From Octopus sinensis (lineage: Eukaryota): 49,013 nucleotides of DNA. A program made the position numbers and the translations under genes. Of this stretch, positions 14,863-25,544 are shown piece by piece; the first letter of the stretch is position 1, and every line of letters starts with the position of its first letter. The stretch covers positions 1-49,013 of the forward strand of contig NW_021834511.1 of NCBI RefSeq assembly GCF_006345805.1, in the 5' to 3' direction. The notes beneath the pieces were generated by a model that did not search any database, was not told the origin of the DNA, and saw only the letters and a program-made list of their open reading frames with translations.

Positions 14863-17368
14863 ATTATTATTACTATTATTATTATTACTATTATTATTAT
14901 TATTATTCAGTAGTTTTATTTTTATTTTTATAGCGTGCTTTCACTTCACTACCGAGCGCAGCTCTGTGTGCCTTGGGTATGTGCTGTGATTTGTTGTGAT
15001 GCTCTGATGGTTATTGTATGGAAAGTGTTCTGCGTAGGATGTGTGCAGTGCCTAGTAGTGCAATTTTCTGTATGTTATATGTGTTTGTAAGTCCTGGTGT
15101 TTTTGTTATGTATTTGTCTGAATATTTTTTTATCATGCCTAATGCACCTACTATGATAGGAATTGTTTCTGTTTTCAGATTCCACATTCTAGTTACCTCT
15201 ATTTCCAGGTCTTTGTATTTTGAGAGTATCTCCATTTCTTTTAGAGACACGTTGTCATCTGCCGGTACTGATACATCAATTAGAAAGCATTTTTTTTCTT
15301 CATGGTCTCTGACAACTATATCTGGTCTGTTGGCCTTAATTTCTCTATCTGTGTGTATCGGCATATCCCAGAGTATGGTTGCTTTCTCGTTTTCTGTGAC
15401 CTTTTCTGGTGTGTGCCTATACCATCATTTTTCTGTTGTTATTCCATAATGTTGGCATAGCTTCCAATGTATGTAAGTTCCAACTCTGTCGTGTCTGTGA
15501 ATATATTCCTTCTTAGCCAGGACTGGGCAGCTAGAGATAATATGATTTATTGTTTCTTGTCCATCTCCACATATTCTGCAGTTACTTGTAATATTTCTTT
15601 TCATTACATGTTTTTGGTAATTTCTGGTGGGGAGGCTTTGGTCTTGTGCTTCAATTAAAAATCCCTCTGTTTCTGCTTTGAGTCCTGAGCTTCTCAACCA
15701 TTGCTGGGATTTTTCTTTGTCTATTTCTTTTGCGTTTAGTTTAGTCCAGTATTTACCATGAAGGGGCTTTTCTTGCCATCGTTTTATCATGGTTCGTTGC
15801 TGTTCTATTTTTAGTTTGGATTTCATTTTTTTATAGCTTTTGTTGTTTCTTCATCTTCTTCTTCTTCTTCTTCATGTTTATTAGGTGGTATGATTTCTTG
15901 TTTGTATTTGTCAGCTTCCTTAAATACTGAGAACAGTTTTTGTTTTGCTCGTGTTTTGCCGCTATCTGGATCAGTTTTCCTTCCTTCTGAAGTAGATATT
16001 TTTGCAGTCCTATGGTGGTTATTTTATAGTAGTTTTCCAGCTGTATAAGGCCTCTACCACCTTCTATACGTTGTATATATAGTCTTTCTATGTCAGATTT
16101 TGGTGATGCATCCTAGATCCTGTCATTATTTTTCTTGTTTTCCTGTCTATTTTGGTCAGTTCATTTCGTGTCCAGTTAAGGGTATTGTAGCTGTAACTTA
16201 TAACTGGGACAGCTAAAGTGTTGATACCTATTATCTTGTTTTTAGCATTGAGCTCTGTGTTTAGTATTGATCTAACTCGTCTATAATATTCTTTTTTTAT
16301 TTTCTCTTTCATTTGTGTGTGTTGTGTCTTATCTAGTTCATGGATTCCTAAGTATTTGTAAGTTTGGCTTTGGTCTAATTCTTTTATTTCATTTGCTTCA
16401 TCTAGTGTGATGTTGTTACTCTTAACTAGTTTTCCTCTTTTCATGGTTACTTTGGCGCATTTTTCTAATCCAAATTTCATATCTATTTCTTTGGTAAATC
16501 CATGAACTGTCTTTAATAGTGTTTCCAGCTGTTTGTCATTTGCAGCGTATAGTTTTAGGTCATCCGTATATAAAAGGTGGCTGATCGTTTTGCCGTAACA
16601 TTTATATCCACATCCAGTTCTATTTAGCATATCAGATAGAGGTGACAGTGCCAAGCAGAAAAGGAGTGGAGAGAGCGTATCTCCCTGGAATATTCCTCTT
16701 CTAATGGAGATGTCTTTGGTTTTCATGAGTCCCTCTTTTGTTTGGAGGTGTAGGACTGTTTGCCATTTATTCATAGAGTGCTCTATGAATTTTATGATTG
16801 TTGGTGCTACTTTGTTAATGGCTAGTGTTTCGAGGATCCATGTGTGGGGGATGCTATCAAACGCCTTTTTGTAGTCAATCCAGGCCATACTGAGGCCTTT
16901 CTTCTTTCTGTGGCTGTCTTCAGTTATGGCTTTATTAATCATCCTTTCTGCTCTTCTGGGAACAGTTTGTTTTCGTCCAGGTGCTTGTTCAGCCTTTGTG
17001 ATATCACTGCAGTAAATGCCTTGAACATAGTAGGGAGGCAGGTTATTGGTCTGTAGTTTTCTGGTTTTTCTGTTTCATTTGATTTGGGAATTAAGATGGT
17101 TTTCCCCTTCGTGAGCCATTCAGGCATTGTCTCTGGCTCTGCTAGTACGTTGTTAAAGTTTTCAGCCAGCTTTTTGTGCATTCCTGTTAGATATTTCAAC
17201 CAGAAGTTGGGGATCTTGTCATGCCCAGGTGCCTTCCAGTTGCTTAGTCTTTGCAGTGCCTGGGTGACCTCTTCAGTTGTTATGGGGGTCCAAGTTTGTT
17301 CAGATGCCGAGTTTGTTATTTTGATACTCCTTTTTTTTGGTGGTTCGTTCGCCGACCATATTTCTCCC

Positions 17369-17445
<77 letters not shown>

Positions 17446-20400
17446 CATTATTACTCATGGCTAAGGTGGTCGATTGGCGAGTGCATCAGACGAAATTCAT
17501 TTCTCTATTGTAATACGTCTCTTTATGTTTTGTGTTGAAATTTATATTTTAATTTTCATCCTTCTGGGTTCAGTAATATGAAATATCAATCAATAACTGA
17601 TGTCTACTAACTATATCCCATCACAGCAAAACAATTTGTATTTGAGGTGATATATGTGAATGTTAGAAATTGTTATTGTTGCTGTTATTGTTATTGTAGG
17701 CAGTGGCTGCCCTGTTACACTACTTCCTTCTGGCATCTCTCATGTGGATGGCTGTCGAAGCATTTCACGTTTGCTTAGCTGCTGTTATTGTAGTTAAAAC
17801 ATACCAGTCACATTTTATCCTGAAGAGTTCAATTTTGTCATGGGGTAAGTAGCTGAAACAAGATGTCATATTTTTAAGTTAAATGTAGATCATAAAGAAA
17901 TAGATTCTCAGGTTGGCCATTAGGGCAACATAAGATTACTTTCATTTTCCCGCAAAGAGTTTCAGTCTAATCTCATCTCTAGAAAAAAAGCTAAGAGTTA
18001 TTCCTTTTGTACTTTCACCTGACGCAACAACTGATTTGAGAAGAGGTTCATGAGCACGACTTTTTGTTGTCTTTATTTGATTGACCAGAAATTGCAGTAA
18101 TTTTTAAGTTTTGTTTCCCAGTAAAACATATCGTTGATAGAATCGAAGATATACACCAGTCGTACTTACTTATAGAAACCAAAGGAGTAAATTGTAAAAA
18201 ATGACCTGGGTACATCAAAATAAATATTGATATCTTTTGAAGTAGACATTTTTCTCTAAATAAAACATGGTCAACTAAATCGATTTAAATGTCACTTATT
18301 TATGATTTTAAATATTGACTAATATCTACATATGTTTCTTCCTTTCTGTAAATGTCCTTGTCAGGTCTTCCAGCTGTCATTGTCACAATTACTCTGGCAA
18401 TTAACTACACAAACAATTACATCAGGATTGAGCATGCACAAGTGTAAGTATTTATACGTTTTATTCACCAAACTTTCTCTGCTCTCCACAACTAATAATT
18501 TGCTAGATTTATTTATGATCTGAACAAGGAAGAATGGTGGATACACTAGCATCAAGCTAAAGCAAGATCTCCATTAATGATAGGGGTGACACTAAAATGC
18601 ATACATACACACACGCACATACACATAGATACTACCTACACATACACACACGTACATTTTATATGTGTGTAGATATATACTTGATGGCCCTCCACTCTTG
18701 AGCTAAAAAAGACCATTTCTGAACTTCAGGAACATTGTACGATCTAAGACTAACTTATAGTTTGCATTTGAGGCTCCGTTTGTGGCTAATGAGCACTCTT
18801 GACAAGCATACACGACAGCAAACGTAGCAGAACAAACTTTCCCCATTCACTACATAGCAGTGCACTTTCGATCAGCACGCTAAAGTGCTTAATGCAGAAT
18901 ACGTACTCTCTCAAAAGTGTCGACCCCTCCTTAACCTGCTTCCTCCATCTTTGGAGATGAGAGGCATTGTTCTCCCAGTCAATCTCCTGCATATCACAGG
19001 CCTTTAATGAGAACATAACACAGTCCTTAGTCGCAGCCTCAGTTACTGCCGGGGTCTCTTTCCACTCGCAAGTTCCCCATATAGCATCTGTTTAGGGATC
19101 CCGCTATCCTTCACTCTAATAAGATATTCTCAGTCCAATGTAACTGGTGCTTATGCACCATCGACACTCAAGATATCATTTGTCCTCAGGACCTGTGTGT
19201 CTGGAGTTTTTAAGGTCCAGCCAACATTCAAAACGTGCCTGAGACATCTCTGGTGAAAGCGTCCAAGGATCATTACATTCTATCTTGGTTGAAGGAACAA
19301 TTGTGAAAGTGGTAGACAAGTTCGTCTACCTGGGCAGCACACTCAGCCGTTCTTGGCCCCTGGATGATGAAATATCTTTCAGGCTGAAAAGAGCAACTAA
19401 CTCCTTCCGGTTTCTTAATTCTCGTGTTTCGGCTCAACATGGCATCGCGAAGCAAACAAATATTGCTGTGTACCGAGTATATGTACTAACACACACACAC
19501 ACACGCACAAATATATGTAGGCATTTTTCTTTTTGTGGACTTACAAAACCGTAAAACTTTCTATGAAAATCTGACTTTTCTTTGCTTCCTCCCTGAATAT
19601 TCAAATATAAATGTAAACATATACTTTTTATTGCAAAAACACACCTGTTCTCCTAACTGGACATACAAACATATCTAGAAAAGTCAACTTCAACCTCCAC
19701 AATATTACCTTACACGAAATATACAAACAGTTTTTATTGCAATAACACAAACGCACATGGGAAAAAAAATAATAATGATGCTAAGATTCTCTCTGGTCGA
19801 ACACAACTTCTCTATTCACAAATAATACAGAACAGCCCTTCCTTAATTTTTCTTAAGGCTAGTAGTAGCAGACATTTGAACTTTTTTTTACCTAAAAAAA
19901 AAAATTAAATTTAAAAAAATAAATAAATAAACATCACTGATGATGGTGATGATGGTGATGATGATGATAATAATGATAGTAATAGTGCTGATAATCTATC
20001 TATCTATCTATCTACACACATACACACACACTCACAGAGTTCAGCCAACACAAACCTCACCTCGGCTCTATTGTTAACCAAATATGAAAGTATTATTTGA
20101 CAGGCAAGAACTCTGGCATTGAAGACAGTCAGCCAGCCAACCACCAAGCCAGCCAACGAGACAGACAGACACTACTGTGATGGTGATAATGATAAAAAAC
20201 AAAAATAACAATAATAAGATACTGCTGTGACTACACATAAAACAATATCATTGATGATGATGATGATGATGGTGATGGTGATGATGATAATGATGATGGT
20301 AATGGTGGTGATAATGATGATAGTGATAATAATGGTGATGATAATAACAATAATAAGCCGACTACGGCTGCTATAATGGTAGGATTATAATTGTAACGGC

Positions 20401-23400
20401 AATGATGGCCGTCTCCTCACGAGCCAATCAAAGCTAAAAAATGATAATATTATCGTAGCACCAAAATGTTTTTGGAAACTAAAAGGAAAACTAAATCAGT
20501 ATACCAAATCGCTTGTCCTATGGTTAATCTGGAAGCGCGTCCCCCAGGGAAGAGCCAGTCTGGGATCGAAAAGTCATCAACTGGCACAAACTCTTCTCCG
20601 AATACGGACATGGATGGTCACTTGAACGGGAAATTCCCCAACTCGAGCCCTCCAAGTTCACCACCACAACCATCACAGAAAGAAAAATGTAAGCGGAACA
20701 AATGGACCCGAGAAGAGTATAAAGAAGTAATATACGCTTATTACTATGCATTAGGTAGGCCATCTCAAGAGAGACACACCGCAAACTCTTACAGTATATG
20801 GAGAACACGGAATCAAGACAGTAGGCCCTCTTTGGACGAGAACAAATTGGTAAATGTGAGTAGGGATATCCTTAGAAATAACAGACTCACAGACAGTGAA
20901 ATAAGCGCGATCAAGCACGCAACGGAAAATGACATAAATATAAGACACAAAGGAAATGAAGAATCAGATGAACAGTATAGCCCGCCACGAGGCTTAATTG
21001 AAAGACTGCCATCTGACCAAAGTACGCAAAGGCCTGAAGATACAAGAAATTCTATTGAACCTGTTAAAGATAGCCAGGAAAATGATAAAACAACAGTAAC
21101 TGAAGATCTCGCATTTGCTGAAGAACACAGAGAGTCTATGGCAGAAATGAGGCAGAAAATCCTGAATACGCTTGAAGTTGTAAGACATACAAGTATGAAT
21201 GATAGAGAACCACTTCATAAACTCTCAAATACAAACCAAAATAAAAAAAAATCCAAATTGGCAACAATGTAACAAATGAAATAATACAAGAATTAAAACC
21301 TGATTTTACTAAGTTAAATGAAATTATTTACGCTTCTGCTAGGGCAATTGAAACCAGCTGTATGCCCCCGAAAAAACAAAGAAAACCAAACCTGGGAAGA
21401 AACCAAACCTGGAGAAGTAAAATTGAAAAGGAAATTGAATTTATGAGAGGGGAAATATCAATATTAAATGAACTAGTATGTGGAAATGATGTAAGATCCA
21501 GAACAGGAAGAAAGATGAAGAGAAAATTTGGATCCTCACCAAGAGAAGAACTGATATCAATAAAAGAAACGCTGAAACAAAAAGTCCAAGCAAAAGCCCA
21601 AAGAATACGAAGATTTGAGAAGAGAAACAAGTTTTACAAGCAAAATAAGCTGTTCACATCCAATGCCAAAAAATTCTACAGAGAAATAGGGAAGGAGAAA
21701 GTAACCGTTAAAGACCCCCCTCCCATGGAAGAAGTTCAAAACTTTTGGAAAAGGATTTGGAGTGACAAGAAGACGTACAACACAAATGCAGACTGGATTA
21801 TACAAACTGAAGGATTCTACCAATATTTACAACAACAAGCATGGGAAGACATCACAATAGCAGACCTAAGAAAGGCACTCACGAAGGCCCATAATTGGAA
21901 ATCCCCCGGTAAAGATAGGGTGCCGAATTTCTGGCTCGCATCGCTCCTATGCGCACACGGTAAGCTAGTTCAGCTGCTCAATGGAATTATGAGAGACCCA
22001 AAGAAAACACCTGAATGGTTAGCAAATGGTATTACTTACCTACTCCCAAAGAATAACGAAACCAACCTTCCAAAAAACTATCGGCCTATAACCTGTCTAT
22101 CCACCACGTATAAAATCCTAACATCTATCCTGGCGGAGAAAACATATGCATTCATGGAGAAGAACGATATTTTCCCCATTGAACAAAAAGGGTGCCGCCG
22201 AGGCTCATACGGATGCAAAGATCACCTGCTAATTAATAGTATGATCCTTGAGAACTGTCACAACAAGCGCAGAAATCTCAGCACCGCATGGATTGACTAT
22301 AAAAAGGCCTTCGACGGTATACCGCATCCATGGATCTTGAGATCGCTGGACATCTTCAAAATTTCCCCTGTGATTTCAAGCTTCCTGAAGCACAATATGT
22401 CGTTGTGGAATACGAATCTCCAATTATACCACTCTAATGGAGTACTTGCCTCAGAAAATATAAACATCAACTGTGGAATTTTTCAAGGTGACTCACTTTC
22501 ACCTTTAATATTCTGCATAGCCCTAATACCCCTTACAAGTGGATTAAACAGAACAGGGTATGGGTATAAAATTGCCAATAACAAAATAAGCCATCTATTT
22601 TATATGGATGACTTAAAACTCTATGGTAAAGACAATAATGAACTTGAAGGCCTATTGCGCACTGTGAAAGCATTCAGTGATGACATCGGGATGGAGTTTG
22701 GGCTTGAGAAGTGTGCCAAGGCCACTTTCCAGAAAGGGAAAGTGAAGACCACAAATTCAGTCGTGTTAGATGTTGACACAGTCATAAGAGAGCTTGAGCA
22801 AGAACAAACATACAAATATTTAGGGATAAATGAAGGCTCTGGTATTCAGCATGCAAGCATGAAAGAGAAGATCAGGAAGGAATGTTATAGGAGAGTTCGT
22901 GCAGTCCTGAAATCTGAACTAAATGCACGTAACAAGGTGTTAGCTATAAATTCCTTAGCAGTTCCAGTTGTTACTTATAGCTACAATGTGTTGAACTGGA
23001 ATATGAGTGAAGTAAAGAATATAGACAGGAAAATACGCAAGATGCTGAGTTGTAATAGGATGCACCACCCAAAGGCAGACGTAGATCGCCTTTACCTTCC
23101 CAGAGCCCAAGGAGGTCGAGGCCTGATTCAATTTGAACTAGCTTACAAAACAACCACAATTGGACTGGCCAAATATCTTGAAATAACGAATGACTGGATG
23201 CTAAAGCTCGTGGAAAATCACGAGAGACGAAAGAAGCTTCATTCTATCATAAAGGAAAGGAAAAAATTTGCTATTGATCTCGTGCAGGATACCCAAACTG
23301 AACAACCCGAGGGAAGTACGGCAACTATTGTTGCAAAGAAGGTGAAAATAATGGCAACGAAAAAAGCGCACGAGCAATTGGCTGATAGGTGGGAGGAGAA

Positions 23401-24870
23401 ACCTCTGCACGGCAAATATGTGGCCCGTAGCAAACAAGCTGATGTTGACCAGAAGCAAACCGATCAGTGGCTACGGAGCTCAGGGCTAAAAGCAGAGAGC
23501 GAAGGTTTCATCCTGGCTGCTCAAGATCAAAGCCTATTAGCTCGGAACTACCAGGCCAATGTAATGAAAAATGGAGCAGACCCAAAATGCCGATTCTGCA
23601 ATGACATGATTGAAACAGTGGACCACCTAATCTCTGGATGTAAAGTCTTAGCACCAGTAGACTATAAATTAAGACATGACAGAGTTGGCCAATATCTACA
23701 CTTGCTGATAAGTCGGCATTACAATATCAAAACTGCCGACAAGTGGTATAATCACCACCCTGGGGCTGTAACTGAAGGAGAAAATGTAACCATTCTGTGG
23801 GACTTTCCAGTACATACAGACCGAACCATCAAAGCCAATAAACCAGATATTGTTGTGAAAGACAAAAACAATAAAGTTTGCTAATTGATCGACATGAGCA
23901 TCCCCTGTGATCATAATATCTCAGCGAAAGAGTTTGACAAGCTCAGAAAATATAAAGACCTGCTCATTGAAATTGAGAAAATGTGGCATCTCAAGGCGGT
24001 TACAATACCAGTGATCGTAGGAGCACTAGGAATGATCAAGAAGGGAACCGAAAATTATATGAGAATGATCCCTGGCTTACCATCCCTGCAAGAAGTGCAA
24101 AAGATTGTCTTAACTGGTACATCACACGTATTGAGAAGAGCATTGTCGCTGTGAGAGCTGTTACTGCCCATGTATTTTAATTTAACCTTAAAAAAGAAAA
24201 AAAAATGAACGAACTATTGAGTTTGGTTTAATGGCCTACCAATGTATACTATGAGTTTCTTTGCCCTAGGAGTCGGGAAGACGCCCGGCAAGAAATGGAA
24301 ACAAATTTGAAAGAAAAAGAAAAAAAAAACAATAATAATAATACTACTACTAATAATAATAACAACAATAATAATATTAAGAGTAATAAGAGTAATAATA
24401 CTAGGATGGAATTAATAAACTTTTAATATAATCCGTATTTCTGGAATGATTACAGCGTAGTCCGTAGTACCCGTGGGCATCCAGTTTATAAAAACCATTG
24501 ATTCATTTCTTAAGGTGATACAACATTAGTAGGTGAACCATAGAGGGTTGTCTTTTCTTTTTACCAGTATGAATTTTAAGTGCATTAAATATTCATAACA
24601 TCCATCCTAGGAATATTGTTCTTATTATTACGCATCGGTATAACTTGATGCAAAACCGTAAACCTAGCTTACTAGTCAGCATTATTAGACGGTGACTGGC
24701 ATAATATAATAGGAGCTGTATTTACATATTAAACGCGTTACCATAAAAAATGTAATATATACATACTTATACATATATAAATACATATACATATATATAT
24801 ATACATATATATATATATGCATATAGATACATATATATATATATACATACATATATATAAATATACATAT

Positions 24871-24935
<65 letters not shown>

Positions 24936-24970
24936 TATAATATACATATATATATATATATGTACATATA

Positions 24971-25026
<56 letters not shown>

Positions 25027-25031
25027 ATATT

Positions 25032-25084
<53 letters not shown>

Positions 25085-25507
25085 TTAAGGTACATCCAAG
25101 GCTTGGGCCCCGTGCCATCCGCCCAAAACAAAAATCACACTCTCATCTCATAACAACAATACGGCACAATTATTCACCTCAATTGGCCCCGCTCTCTTTA
25201 ACATTACACCAAAACACATTAAAACAGAAATTGACCCTATAGGGTTCAAGAAGTCTTTGGACAGATTCTTTCAAGAAATCCCGGATAAACACCCTATACC
25301 CGGATATGTCTCTGTAAACAATAACTCTCTACTTGAGTGGGCCATAGTGCCCAAATTCTGACTTGAAAGACTTCACCAGGTGGTGCTATTAAGTTAGACA
25401 TGGCCTGGGCCAATAATGGCCGAAACCTATCAAAGTATCAAAGTATCAAAGTAAGTACATACATATACATATATATATATATATACATATATATATACAT
25501 GCATACC

Positions 25508-25544
<37 letters not shown>

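Noticed and set aside
16939-17448. Poly-Ile-RT fusion protein
   Set aside because: Chance in-frame join of (ATA)n to the truncated E2; no promoter or start context.
20357-20465. HDV-like ribozyme in the 5' UTR of E3 (UCCUCAC resembles loop L3)
   Set aside because: By hand it folds as a simple hairpin; I could not find P1.1 (GG), J4/2 or P2 partners. A descriptor search would settle it.
21243-21251. Programmed -1 frameshift making E3 a two-ORF element
   Set aside because: R4-clade elements have a single ORF; a homopolymer indel or sequencing error is simpler.
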